NCBI GenBank assembly: GCA_964188305.1
Contig: OZ076886.1
DNA: 64,000 bases
Source of the DNA: Podarcis bocagei
Taxonomy: Eukaryota
Direction: 5' to 3' (one strand)
The position numbers were made by a program, and so were the translations under genes. Below the pieces are notes generated by a model, which was not told where the DNA came from, ran no database searches, and saw only the letters and a program-made list of their open reading frames with translations. Below are positions 11,374-25,059 of this stretch, piece by piece. The number at the start of each line of letters is the position of its first letter. Position 1 is the first letter of the stretch.

Positions 11374-11549
11374 GGAGAAGGGTCCTAGCTCAGTGGGAGA
11401 GCATCTTCTCTGCATACGCAGGGTCCCGGGTTCAACCCTGGCATCTCCCAGTAGGGCTGAGAAGAAGACCTGGAGAGACACTGTCAGTCAGTGCAGACAA
11501 TACTGAGCTAAGAGGAGCAATTGGTACAAGGCATCTGCCTGTGTGTCTA
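11374..11549 (+). mobile_element. tRNA(Ala-like)-headed squamate SINE
   Basis: A-box tagctcagtgg, ctgca anticodon region, B-box ggttcaaccc; body gtcagtgcagacaatactgagcta shared with other copies. Confidence 0.8.
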
Positions 11550-13680
11550 GGAGTTCCATGCACCCCTCCTTAAGTTTCCTCTTCCTTTTGGCCAGCTCAC
11601 TGGTGAGTCTGTTGTTGATCCTGGGTTTCTCAATGCAAGCAGGTGGTGCTGATGTCTCTTCAAGATGGATTGCACAGAAAGCATTCCTTGACAGCGCAGT
11701 TCAGCCCTGAGAACAGGCAGTTCTAGGTTTTGCAGGCTGTGTATGTGTCAGAGGCAAGTAAAACTTTCTGGGTGCCCTCTGCGGAAGCCACACTTGGGAC
11801 TTGGGCTGGGTCGGTGGATTTTGGGGCAAGAGGAAGCTGGGTTAGCAGAGGCAGACAGTAGGCATCAGACCCTCGTGGATGCACAATAACAAAAGGCATG
11901 GGGTGCTCACCTACATCCGCCGTCACCTTCAGAAAACTGGTAAATAAATAGCCTTGAGGGGAGCAGAGTTCTCTTTTCTCCAGAGAAGATGAAATCAAAG
12001 GGGGACAGAATGAGGGTGTTCCTCTCAAGGGAAAAGGATACAGATACACGACAACTGCTGCTCAGTAGCAGTTTCTTTCTCCAGAGCTTAATAGTTTGGA
12101 TGCTGATAATTACTGTTTGCAGGGCCCAGCATTTCATCCCTCCATCCTTGTGCCACTAAGTGCTGCCCCCTGTCCATTTTGTGTGCTGTGTTCGCAACCA
12201 GCTACTTAAAGGGGAAATTACACATTTGCCACCACCAGCCACATGAGAGTTAGGAGAAAGAAACAGAGCAGTGTGCCCTTTCACTTGTGGCTGGGGTAGG
12301 GTGCCTGTGTTTGAACTTAAGGTCTCTGGGGTCCATTCCTAATTCTATAATGGCTGAGCCAACATGGACTTGGCTCAGATTGGCTGAGTCAATCTGCCAC
12401 GCCACATTTATGTGCCTTTGTCCTCCTCTCTGTAGTGTGGCACTGAGATACTGAATGGTACCCTCACCTCACTTTGCAAAGTGCTTTGTGCTCCCCCCCC
12501 CCATGGTACAATGACTTATTTTTTTATGAAGCAATAAACTTCCCATTTAGATGAATCCATAACCAAAAAATTTGAACTCTTGGATTGGCCAGGGCACAGA
12601 AACACAGCGTCCGAAACTCCCATGGTTCTAGGCACATTTTGCAACAAGGAATTTCACTAGCGCAAGCAGTTTCTGAGCTCTGGGTGCAGTACTGCACCTA
12701 AGATTTCAGATTAAAACTCCAGAGTGGAAGGGAAAGAGGACCTTTTTCTGCCTCCCCACTTCCAGCCACCCTCTGAAGATTGGAGAAGAGACTCTCTTAA
12801 GAATATGGTGGGGGGGGGGGAGGCAGGGGAAGCATGGCTTTGTTTTTTGTACTCTTCAGATGAGGACTAGACCAGGTGAAAAATGAATATGAGATTTTAC
12901 CTCCAGTTCATTCATTTTCAGCTTTGTATTCTTGTTATAAAAAAGTGCACCTAGACATTCCGTTGTTGCACCCATAACCTAGGCTTAATGTGCCATTTAA
13001 GTCCTAGCTTTCATATCTCAGCTTCTAACACTGCACAAACACATAGGGTATGTCCACCTTTCTGCTGTGGTTCCCATACCTCTTTTCATAATACGTGATT
13101 GTTTATCATCATGCTCCAAACTGGAAGACCCTCGTTATGATGGCTTTGTTTAGAATTGAAGGAAACAGCTTGTATCGCAAGAACCTGTAGCGAGATGCAA
13201 CCCTTGCCAGCGAAACCTGTCCACCTGGTGGAGGGGGTGTGCACATTGCTCTCACTGAAGGAGAATTGACAAGTGCTGTGCTTCTCTCCCCACCCCCATT
13301 GGGATTTATTTGTTTATAAAATGCTTATACTGCTTAATATAGTAATTAAATAAAATCTCTGTATAGTTCACACAAATGCAATAAGAACATGTTATTCAGT
13401 CAGTTTTCCTAAAAACCAGATGAACAAACACAATGCAATAGTGGATCATAAATAAAACTGAGCAGGTGCAAATAATAATATTACCGGTAATAATGCAGAA
13501 GAAGACTCAGAAAAGCAACCATCCACTTATGTGGGAGAAATGAAAGGGGTGAAAGTGGAGTGAAGAAGGAATGCCCCCCTCCCCAGTCCTTACTAATCCC
13601 ATCCACTGAGCACCATGCTTAGCATCCACCTCCGCAGCCCCATCTTATGTTTTGATCACCCTAAACGTGTGCTGCTAGGC

Positions 13681-13800
13681 CAGCATTCTCCACCTTGATA
13701 CTGTCCAGCTGTTTTGGACTACAACTCCCATTGGTGCTTGCTGGGGCTGATATGAGTTATAGTCCAAAACAGCTGGAGGGCACCAGGTTGGGAAAGGCTG
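13681..13800. mobile_element. Palindromic hAT-Charlie-like MITE
   Basis: Ends cagcattctcc / gggaaaggctg; TSD TGCTAGGC / TGCTAGAC (7/8). Confidence 0.85.
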
Positions 13801-15144
13801 TGCTAGACTGTGATGAACTCTTGGGAATTAACATAGGTTGGTATCAATAGCAGATGGCATGGTGGGGGCAGCGGTGCTCAGCTGACGTTTGGTCAGTCCC
13901 ATTGGTGCTGCTTCCCATGAGAAAGATGGGAAGGGATGAAGTGTCAATGAGGTTGGCGTAGTGCAAACACACTGGCAAAACCCACTCAGTGCTGCTACTG
14001 ATGAATTTGCACTGCACTCCCACCTCTATGCTGCCTTGCCACTCCCTCTTTTATCTGCCAGTAAGCAGCAGAATTGAGGTCCTTTGAGTGCCACTCACCA
14101 CCACCTCGCCATCCTACTACCGCCAACATGGGATCAGAACCCCATCACGGATCTTAGCCTTACAGCAATTTGGTGGATGTGGGTCTCTAAGCGACTCTGT
14201 GATATTATAAGTGTGAGAAGCTTAAGTGGTACACTACCCCTTGGGGACTGATATATAACCAGCCAGGCAGGTATTTGGCTATAATCCTAAGCACACTTCC
14301 TAGACATTAAGTGCCATTGAAACTGAGGGATGGACTTCTGAGTAAACTTGCTTCAGATGGCAGTACATACCAAGCCCAGTCCCCTGTGTCCTGAAGTAGA
14401 ATACTAGGCTAATGCTCTTAGCAGCTTCCATCCCACTCTGGTTTAATTCTACAGCTTACAAATACTCCTGTGTTTCCTTTCATTCTGGCTAAAACAATCC
14501 ATGGGCAGGTACTTGGCGGCAGCCATCGTAGGAAACCTCAGCACAATGGCAAGCGACTTTCTCTTCCTCTTGCAATTCAGACTCCACTGCAGATGGACTG
14601 TGTCATAGAGGCAGAAAAGGTCTGTTGCAAACTTAGCCGAAACAAACAAGAGCTTTGTCTGAATTGGGGTGGGGAAGTTAGCCTCCGAGGAAATATGGCA
14701 TTATTTCGTGTGGGGCAGTGCCCCTTAAAAAAACCTGTTTTGAGCCAGTTAGGGAAAGGAAGTTCTTACTATAGTGGTGGTGATGGAGGCGTCAGCTCCT
14801 CTTCAGATCCAAAACCAGTGCATGAAACCTGTTGCATGGCTCCCCCAGAATGCATCTCTAATCTTTAATGACACTCGCATACATAATATATTCTCCTGTA
14901 GGCCTGATTCCTTCTGTTAACAACTGTTCTCTTGCTAGAAATGCGCCACTGAATCCTTTCTATAAGTTCCCTAACCCGAAATACCATCCAGTATGTGTGC
15001 TAGATGAGAAGATAATTACCCTTGAGTCAACTCACAGCTATGTCAAGCACTCCCATAACGCAAGCGCAGGAATTGAAACTATGCCTTGTATATGACAGAG
15101 CAAAGATCTCCCAGACAAGGAGGCAAAAGTGTCTGCTAAAATGA

Positions 15145-15345
15145 AGGGACCAGCATGGTTCAGTGGATGTTGGCTTGGTCTTGGTCTTGAGAGATCTGGG
15201 TTTGGATCGACGTGGGTTGCTTTGAACAAGCTACAATGTTTCAGCTTTGGTTTTTCCACCTATAAAGGTAATATATTTATGTCCCACCTTGCAGGCTTGT
15301 TGTGACGATAAATGAGATTGGGATCAAAGAGCACTTTTGCAAACT
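15145..15345 (+). mobile_element. Old MIR/CORE-like SINE
   Basis: gcatggttcagtgga...ctttgaacaagcta...tttccacctataaagg...gttgtgacgataaatgaga...agcactttt follows the MIR layout. Confidence 0.65.
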
Positions 15346-16349
15346 ACAACTGCTGTTGTCCTGATGAAACCTAAATCATTTTTTCTCACATTTTCCAACT
15401 GCTCAGCAAGAAAATCGCTGCTGATGTCAATCGGCACCCTGTCCCACTGGCTTTGGAGGAATTTTGCCAGTTTATAGCAGCTGAGTATCTGCCTCATAGA
15501 TTCCTTTTAAGCCTCTTATTTCTAAGCCATGTGTTACAATAATATCAGGGTTCTGTCTGGAACAAGGAAGGGACAGGAGAGCAGCTGCTTTGCCCTAAAC
15601 GCATCTTATTGTACTTGGGTATCATCAAAAACCCCTGCCTGTGAAATGGCCACCATGCAGATGTCAACTGAAATTGCCCCAGCATGATAGCAGCTCAGCA
15701 TCGTGGGCCACTTGGGCTCAGTGGCTCCCTGAGTGGCTCAAAGTCTTCTGTGCATTTTCTGCAGGTTGCTGCAAACCATCAGCAGGCCTCAATGTTGTGG
15801 TTTGTTTTCTGTCAAGGTGCCAGGATTTGTTGTGCTCTTCGTGTATTTTATCTGAAAAGCGCAGGTAGCCTACACATCATGGTTTGCTGATCATTCAAAA
15901 TCACAAGCCTGGCATTTCAAGCCAAGATAGACCCTGGTTTTTTTTTTTGTTGGTGAGGGGCATCTTATGATGGGCACACCTGTTGCTACTTATATGGACT
16001 CCCATGATCAAGGCATCAAAGCCCATATTCTGTGTTTTTTGTTTTGTTTTGTTCTAATCTCATTCATTATTCTAGCTCTTTTCATTTACTATCAGATTGC
16101 TTTCTATTTATTTAAAGTTACCATTTGTGCACATTGCACTCATTTTCCTCAGCTAACAAGTACCAGGCACTAATTTTTGTAGTAGGTAGGGGGATAATTC
16201 TTAGTATCTTTGAGTTGGACTCCTTCACAACCACATAGAGACATTACAAGACTCCCGTTTCTTATTTTAACATCTGCGTTAAATGCGTTTATGAATGAAT
16301 GTGCTAGCACACAGGCATAAGTGTACATATTTAGTTTTGCTTGAAAGAG

Positions 16350-16400
16350 GGAGAGAGAGAGAGACAGACAGACAAACAAACAAACAAACAAACAAACAGA
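16350..16400. repeat. Compound (GA)n-(GACA)n-(AAAC)n microsatellite
   Basis: Read directly. Confidence 0.9.
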
Positions 16401-16827
16401 GAGTGAACCTGAGACTGTAATCTGAAGAAGAGGTAACATGTTTTGAGTCATGCATGAATCAGAATTTTCCAGTGAAATTGACTGGCTGTCATGAACTGAT
16501 AGGACAACAAGGAGGACAGAGAGGATCATGGTGAGGGGTGTAGACCGGAGTGGGACACACTGGGGCAAGCTGTGGGTGGGGAAGGAGAGGTTGGTGTAGG
16601 AAATACTCATGAGGGGGTGGCGGTCAGTGCACAAGAACCAGAGCTGCAGGACCCATCCCTAGAGCCAGAGGGACCTCTGACCTCATGAACATGGTGGGTT
16701 CTGAAGCATAGGGAGTAGCAGAAGGGGTTCTCCTGGAGGCTGAGGCAGGCAAGGGCCCACAGCCCAGTTCCCTAGCTGGCCAGGTGGGGCTCGCTAGCTC
16801 TGGGAGGTGGTGTGTGATTCCTCAGTG

Positions 16828-16971
16828 CAAGTTTCCTCAAACTCAAGCTTCCTCAAACTCCAAATGTTTTGAGACTACAATTCCCATCCTCCCTGACCAC
16901 TGGTCCTGCTAGCTAGGGATCATGGGAGTTGTAGGCCAAAACATCTGGAGAGCCGAGTTTGAGGAAGCCTG
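16828..16971. mobile_element. Palindromic hAT MITE with a tandemly duplicated 16-bp left TIR
   Basis: caagtttcctcaaact-caagcttcctcaaact ... agtttgaggaagcctg; TSD CCTCAGTG / CCTCAGCT (6/8). Confidence 0.8.
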
Positions 16972-19900
16972 CCTCAGCTAGAGTAGGCTTGGAGCAGGTG
17001 AGGGTCACCTGCCTCATCAAGCCCAGGTGCTGCAATCAGCATGCAAAGTACAAAAGGGAAGCAGAGCTGAGGGGCTGTGTCTGCTCAACTGCCCAAGTTG
17101 ATGGACCTTGGTTTGGATGCTCCTGGATGTCCACAGGACAATGCTTCCGTTTGGACTTTTAAACACATGGATTGACCCTGGACTGGGGACTTGACACACT
17201 GCCTTGCTGCCAGGTAGGCCTGGGTTCAGGACACTAGCAGGCAATTCAGGACAAACAAATGAAAGTGTTTCTTCTCCCAGTTAACTTGGGATAGCCCTGG
17301 CTGCCAGCCTTTTCCTCTTTAGTCTTCATGCTACCCTTATAGAATTCAGCAGGGAGGAGAAGAGGAGCCAATGGGCATTTGTGGGCTCTGCCCATCTTTG
17401 GCTTTGTCTCCACCTGCTGCTGGGCTCGCCGCTTTCTTCCCCACCAGTCCCGATGGGCACCAACTACAACTGGGCCAATGTAGCCTTACAGCTTGATCTT
17501 AACTATGCTGGCTTATAAATAATGAGAGCTGAATTCATCGAGGTTTACTTCCTATCAATAATAGGATTGGTAGTTTTCATCTGAATGCTTCTTGACACCA
17601 CTGGCCTCCGATTATTATTCTGCTATTGCTGTTTAAAATAGTATCACCAGGAAAGAAACTATTGACTGATTCCTAGTCCCACACAAGCACTACAGCAAAT
17701 AGATCCAAAGGTCTTCACATATCTTCACAAGCATCCATTCCTGCCTCCCACACTGCGCCAGTTCTGTGCCCTGTTTTCCAAATGCTGTGGAGCATTGCAA
17801 AGGGTGGTTCACTGATGCAGGGCTATTGACCTGAAATGAACCGCACCTATGTAAGTGGTCAATGAGTCACTTCTTGAACATCCTCCAAACCTTGCACAGT
17901 ACTCTGGCTTGCCACAGTGGCCACTGCACACTTGTGTTCAGCAGGCTCCTCTCCTAGGAGTGGCAGGCTCACAACAAAGCACCCTTGTTTGATTTACTCT
18001 CTGCTGGGGGAAAAAAAGAAAAGAACACGCACGAGTGAAAATCCACCCAAAGGAGATTAAACTGAGCTAACCCTGATGAGTATCTGTTTGGTTCTTCCTG
18101 CAGGGCAACTAACAGCACAGCCCTAACCAAGGTCACATCCATATGTTTGAAGCATGCTGAAGAAGCCTGAGAGCTGCGGTTTATTAAAGCTGCTGGGAGC
18201 TGTAGATCTGTGAGCCCAGCACCCTTAACAAACTATAGTTCCCATGATTCTTTGGGGAAACCCATGATTGTATGGTGTGGATGGGACCCATGTCTGCTCA
18301 GAAGTAAACTCTACTAAATTCAGTGAGGTTTGATCCCAAGTGGAATTAGGATTGTATTCTAAAGATGCACCACCTTCAGCAAATCACTTCAAACTTCTGT
18401 CATGCTGTTGCTCCTCTACTGCCACTGCTACTACTATGGTTACTTTTAGTTCAACTTCTATGCTTTTAAATTGCCTCAGTTGCAAGGAAGAATGATCAAA
18501 GGTCCAGCACCTAAGCGAAAAGCACCTTTGACTTAATTTCCTACCCCCTCTCTTATCTTGGGACAAGACTCAAGCTCCATGGAACCAGGAAAGAATTACC
18601 TATGAGGGCTGGTGCGTGGTTAGTTTCATCAGAAGGATGCCACTGAAAACAATCTGTCTGGGCCAGATTCAGCTAAGCAGTTGCTCTAGAGAAATCCTTA
18701 GTCCAACCCTGGCAAGGCTTTAAGTGGCCAAGAGAATTCCCAGAACAGAACAGCAGAGGGAGAGAAGAATGTTCTATCTGGCAAGCGGAAGAGCTTATGC
18801 TGATAGAACAATTGTAATAGTGTGATGTTGAATTCCTCCCTAGGTGTCAAATTATCTCTGCTCCAGTTGTGATATTTAGAACTCTTTCCCATCTGGATCA
18901 CCACTGTGTGTGTTTTCACAGCTTTGCTTGACATTCTTGGTAGTCATGGAGCATCTGGGGCCATGCACAGGTCAATTGCAGTGGTCCATCATGTGATGAC
19001 TGGGGAGTGGGAATGGGAGATGGTTTTAACTGGGAAAATGGTGAAAAAGCACCCCTAGAAGGAGCAAGTGCCAAAAAGCTCCCTGTAGAGGCTGCATAGG
19101 CCATGCTGATTCCACAGTCCCTCTTGGGTTAGTCATGTAGATGTCACAAGGAAAGGGGGTGGGCTATCTCCTGATATTCTCAAGGAGGGCATTAGCTCTG
19201 TCGTGCATTCTTGTTTGGGAAGCTTCAAGCAGCTCCATATCTTCAATACTTCAGCATTCAGCCTCTGGACAGAGTGTGATTGGTGCTGTGAGTTCTGGGT
19301 AGCAGTTGTCTAGTAATCACCATGCCATGTTAGAAGAGGGTGGATGTTAAGTACCTTATAGGAACAAGAGCACTGAATGACTATTTCTGTCATCTAAATC
19401 AGGGATCCCAGTTACGTCCACTAAGTATTATTGCACAGTGATCTCCAGGGACATGTGGTTACAAAGTGTTTACTAGCAAACTCTATTAAGTCCCCCTGTA
19501 ATTAAACAAGAATCACATGGCACTGGCAATCTTCTGCCCCGGTGTGCTCTTCCCCTTCTCTTGGTGAAAGGCCTGGGTGCAGTTTCCTATGATGAGTGAT
19601 CAGCCATCATGGGAGAATTTGCCGAGGTGTTTGCTGCTACTTCAGGGACTCACATGAGTGAATGGGGAGGACTTGGAACCAGCTCTTCTACATGGGCTTG
19701 ATGAAATAACAGACATTGTGTGTGGAGATGACAGTCACTAAGGGCAGTCTTCTTCATTCTGCACATATACTTAAGCCAGGGTTAAAACCCTGTGAATCAA
19801 ATGTCTGCTATTGGTTTCCCCCCTTGTTTATCAGTGGAGACTCTGATGGATTTCAGCCGGCAAGTAAAAACAATTCTATTCTCCCAGGCATTTTGAGTAA

Positions 19901-21306
19901 AATTAGTAACCACTCTTTGGCTTTATTGTTCTCCTTCAGTTGCTCTATAGTTGGTTTTCTATTAACTCGGTTGCTTTTAATAACTTACGTTTTATGTATT
20001 ATTTTGTGCATTGTTGGAAACTGCCGTGGGATCACAGTGATGTCGCGAACAGCAGTCTAGAAATTGGAGAGGTGTATAGCTTCTAATATTATCACAGAAG
20101 TATGACAAATAAGGGTGGTTGTTTTTAAGGGAATAGAGAAGACTAATAAAACATTGTGCTGCTTCTTGTGATTGTGGTTTTGCCACTTTAGGGTAGGGCA
20201 AATGCAATAAGAAACTGATTTCCCACTATATGAATGAACCTGTGTGAATCTTGGTCACATGTACTTCCCTCTCTCCTTCCTTGTGAGTGGCTGCATGGAG
20301 TAGATTGGAAATGTTCACCTCTCCTTCTAAAAAAGCCATTGTTCCCTGTCTGTGCTCACAGAACTGTGGTTTGTTTAAGCATGGGTTGTTAGAATGAATC
20401 AGGATCAAAGTGTGGTTTCGGTTCCTGACTTGTTCCAAACCCACAGCTTAAAGAAACTACAGTTCCAAGGGTCTGAATGTAGCATGGGTTTGGTTATAAG
20501 CAAAGGCAAAAGCTTCTGATTGCCATGTGGCTGCACCAGAGGTGGGAACACACAAATGTGATGCTTGTGTCGGCTTGTTCATGTGGTGAGAAACAATGGC
20601 TCCCTGAAGAGCCTATTGCCTTACTGCAGTCATCTGATCTCTCCTTGGATGGAAAAGCTCAAAGCACAAATAAGAATTGTGGTTTATCTGTGAATCATCT
20701 AGTCTCAACAACATGTTCAATTTGTCATGCAATATGCTTAGAATTTTTTTCCATTAACCAAATCTATTTAGGGATCCATTGCCCAATGAATGGGATTGTC
20801 TTTTGGTGTATTGGATGTGTGACATCCTAACATGGTGTTTTCACTTTTATTTATCCATGGGAAATGGTTCTGTGATCCATCCAACATGTGTAAGATGTTC
20901 CTTCTGAACTAGAACCACTAAGAAATATATAAGTGGCTTGGAACCTTACTTCCCATGAGTGGAACACTGCTCAAGGGATAACCCTTTTCATGGGAGGTTA
21001 TTTTCACAGATTCCCCTTTTCTCGTCTGCAGCCTCTACTTTCATCCAAAAACGTTAGTGGGGCTCTTTGCACAGCATAGGAGATGTTGCCTTCCCTGCCC
21101 CACAGAGGGAGCCTCCATTGGATCAGAATACCCTTTGTGAATAGAATTCACAGAAGGGAAACTCCAGCTTCAAGCTGTAATGATTCACACATTCATTACA
21201 GCAAACCTACACAACTTGTGACTCATTGAGCCTTTCTTGGATCTTTCAGTTGCTTGGCAACCTGTTTTTCACAGGCCCAGGCAGGCAGCAACACCCCCTC
21301 ATGCCC

Positions 21307-21345
21307 CCTATATAGGCGAGCCCCCTATATGACTGCCATATATGG
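21307..21345. promoter_or_regulatory. Paired perfect CArG (SRF) boxes
   Basis: CCTATATAGG (21307-21316) and CCATATATGG (21336-21345), with a partial CCTATATGAC between them. Confidence 0.45.
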
Positions 21346-22669
21346 CTGCTGAGCTTCAATTTGGCTTGATCTCACTCACAAGTTCTGCAGGCCTGCATTA
21401 CAGTCGCCCGTCCATTAAAAATAAATTAATCCTGCCAGCAGCATACATTTTTCCACCCTAGGTTAACCTACTTGTCATCTCAAGTATTTCCTCCTTGGCC
21501 CTCTTGCACCTTGGGCAGTGGCTCTCTGAGGACAGGAAGAGGGCAAAGCTCTCTAATTCCACTCCTACATTTGATGGATATCAATCTAGAACGTCAACTG
21601 GAGAAATTGAATTATTTTAAGTGCTTGGCGTGCCCAGATAAAATTGTGGGCAACTTTCCTAATGATAGCAGTGCACTTAATTTGGCTGAATAATCATATT
21701 TGCGATAGTGGCAGGGTGGAATAAATGCATTATGGGGCACAGCCCAATGTCTCCCATTGCTTTCTAAAATCCAGTGGGCAGAGCACACACTCCCATTCGT
21801 TGGCTGCTGTAGCCTGATGTCACATCAAAGCAGAGGCTTAATAAATGTGCTTTGGACGTCTAATTAGTAAGTAGACCAAGACTTCTTCCACAAATGCATC
21901 CTGGAGAGATGAAACAATGTTGGCAGGGCAGATGGTGAGAACAAGAATTGATGAGATAGGCACCAACTTACAAAAATTGTTGGAAGAAACTCTGCCACTA
22001 TGTTACAGCCCTTCTCGCTATACTCAGTGCTTTTTGCACCTAAAGCACAACTTGGCAATTACAGTGGAACTCCAGAGATTTGCTGAAATTATATCAAATC
22101 CTGCAGTATAGATACTCTGGGTTTTCTTCCTGCTATCTTTTTAATCTCTCCCAAGCAAAATGGCCAGTTAATCTAGACACACGTAGGTCTAGTTCCCCTA
22201 AATTTCAACTAAAATTGTTCCTGGACTCTACAGATGTCAGATAGGAGGATCACATGGTTTGATTTTCCTCCATACATACAGAGAAAGACAAACATCTTCC
22301 TGCACATTGAAAACTAGATATAGCAGAGACAGGTTCTCCTGATTTTCTCACCTGGGAAAGCATCCAAATATATAATTCCTCACATGAAGTTTGAAGTGGA
22401 AAAAATCTCATTATTAGCTCATCTGTTTGCATGAATCAGGCATATGTAAGATTAATGCAAAGGCAAGTTCTAGCAACAGATGCAGAACTACATTAGGTTT
22501 TGGATTCTGTAGCAGATAGTAGTATCCTTTGGAAATAATAGTTGGCTGACCAAGAAAAGTGTAAGTCTACATTCCTACCAACAAGGATGCTACGTAAAAC
22601 AAATTTACCCTCTTAAATCTTTCTCTGAATACTCTTCTGCGAAGTTCATTGTTGGTTATCTGCCAAAAG

Positions 22670-22890
22670 CAGATATTAGAAAGCAGTATTTGACATCTGG
22701 TAGTATATTGTAGTTGTGATATTTGATATTTAACAGTATTTGGTATCTGACCATCAACAGTTGATAGTATTTGATATTTGACACCTGTTGCTTTGCATCT
22801 GATAGTATTTGATATTTGGCAACCGGTTCCCTTATCATACCTAATATTTGACTATAAATATTTTCCAGCCTACATTTTATATCTGGTAGC
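22670..22890. repeat. Degenerate AT-rich tandem repeat built on (gat)agtatttgatatttg
   Basis: Motif variants recur roughly six times or more. Confidence 0.7.
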
Positions 22891-24221
22891 ATGAGGTATT
22901 CTGCAGAATGCTGTCCACTGTTTCATTGTTTCATTCAATACTTTGTGATGGCTTCTTCCCCTTGATCAGAGGCACTTGCTGGAACATGTCAAGTGGCACT
23001 GCTGGAATTTCCTGACATCCCAGCTGTTGTCAATATCACCAGGACATTAGAGAAGAAGGGTGGAGTGGGGTGGCAGAGTGCGGGGGAAGACTGGACTTGT
23101 ATTTCAAGCACTGATCAGGGTTTGAAATGTATTTGAAATAAAGCATGTCCTTCTACAAGAAAAGAGTTAGAAATGGTGAGGAGCATGTGAAAATTCCTCT
23201 CTAGACTGTCTAGACTCTAGACAGGAGTGTCCCTAAGTTTGAGTGATTACAGATGACTATTTAAACACTATTTAATATATTATGGTGTGTATATAAATAT
23301 TAGATAAGCTTGACAGATAAGGTTGGTGGGGAGAATTTTTACTACAGTTGATTAAAATCTAGGGAAATGGGGGAGTGGTGGAATTTTCCTTATCACTTAG
23401 TTGTTTAAGAAGACCCATGATGACAGCCACGTGCAGAGCCATGGGTCATGTGTCTCATCCCAGCAAGTGGAATGGCTACATTTTACCCCACAACAGGTAC
23501 AAATGAGTGATTGGTGGCATCAGTGCTGGACTGTGGAAGTGAATGGTCATCCATCTCACCAAGTAGTTAAATGCACATCACCTTGAGCTGTTATTTGGTA
23601 AATGGCTCGGCCATTTCATTTAATGGCTTTAAACTCTTTCAGCCCCTTCTATGCTTATTTATTGTCCACCACTAAATTGCCCAGCCAAATGTTAGATTGC
23701 CACAGTAATTCTGTTACCAGTATCCCCTTCCGTTCTTCGCCACTGTAAAGCTTATAACCTTGTTTCCATGCCACAGTAGCCCCACAGCCAAATCAGCCAT
23801 AATTGGGGCTAATAACGAGATAATTGTATTCTGAAATCTCTGGTTTTCTTCCAAAAGTGCAGATGTTGCTGGTTAGAAAAGGTGTAAACTTCTCCAACCT
23901 GTTCTTTTGGTTCTCTGCAGTTCCCTTTTCTGGTCTCTGATAACGCCACAGAGGCCACTAACAACTTTGAAATCTGCATTTGGTGCAAAGCCATATAATA
24001 GTATTGTTATTTGTTATTATTGGTTTGCAAACCACCAGAAGTTTTCTAGGCACTATGCGAAGATTTAAAAGCAACACAGTCCCTGTGTCCACAGGCTTAC
24101 AATCTAGTAAACACAGTACAAAAGGAAAATGAGATGTTACAGGATAACAAGTATGTTCAGTCACAAATTGTTTATGAAGATATAAAAATAAGTGAATATA
24201 TAATGTCACAACTATTTGTAT

Positions 24222-24420
24222 ACAGGAAGTTGTTTCGCACTTGAACAGACCATTAGGCCAACTGGCTCAGTGCTGTGTCCTCTGACTGGAAGCAGTTTGC
24301 CTGGGTCTCAAGCAGATTTATCTCCCAGGTTTGCCACCTGCGAACCTGTCCACTGGAGAGGCAAGAGTCTGAACCCAGGGCCTGCACAGGATGTGCTGTG
24401 TTACTGGGTTTTGGCTACTT
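24222..24420 (-). mobile_element. Degenerate tRNA(Ala-like)-headed SINE
   Basis: aggaagttg...cagaccatt...ctcagtgctgtgtcctctgactgg..cag...ctggag...tgaacccagggcc. Confidence 0.6.
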
Positions 24421-24452
24421 GTCCTGAACAGATAGATCTACCTACTCCTAAG

Positions 24453-24830
24453 TAGGGGAGAAATTAAGTTTGGTTCACATCGGAAGTTGAACCTACCTAA
24501 TTCACATTTTCTGAAACAATATGAGAATCAAAACTCAGCCAGCCTTCAAAATTTGCCCATCTGAATTTTGCAATGCAGTTCTGCAGTGCATATGCTGTGG
24601 TCAAGCGTGCATGCAAATAACACCATCATGCATTGCATCAGGAGAAATTGTTTTGCAAAAATGTATATATTAGACAAAATTCATAAAGTGTATATATTAG
24701 GAGAAAATTTGGGCAAATTTTCACGAGAAACTTTTTAAAAGACATAACTGTAAACTGACATGGAAATGTGGAGAATGAAACTTTAGATTGGAAAAATGAT
24801 AAACCAAGACTGACAAACTTGCCCATCCCT
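24453..24830 (+). mobile_element. ~400-bp hAT-like MITE (TAGGGATG-ended family)
   Basis: taggggagaaatt...ttgcccatccct; body shared with 33978, 36140 and 48503. Confidence 0.75.
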
Positions 24831-25059
24831 CATCTTGTGTCAGACAACTGGCCCATCAAGCCCAGTTTTTTTAACAATCCAGCTGGCACACTGCTTTTCC
24901 TATAGATTCTACTTAATATCCTTTTACTTGGGGGTGCCAGAGGCTGAATGCAAGACCTTCTTCATTCAGAGCACCTCATGGGGACCATTAAGAGTTCCTA
25001 GGTTAGATGTCTGCAGCTTTGCTTTGAATTTTTTGCCCCCTGACTAATTTTCTGTAGTG

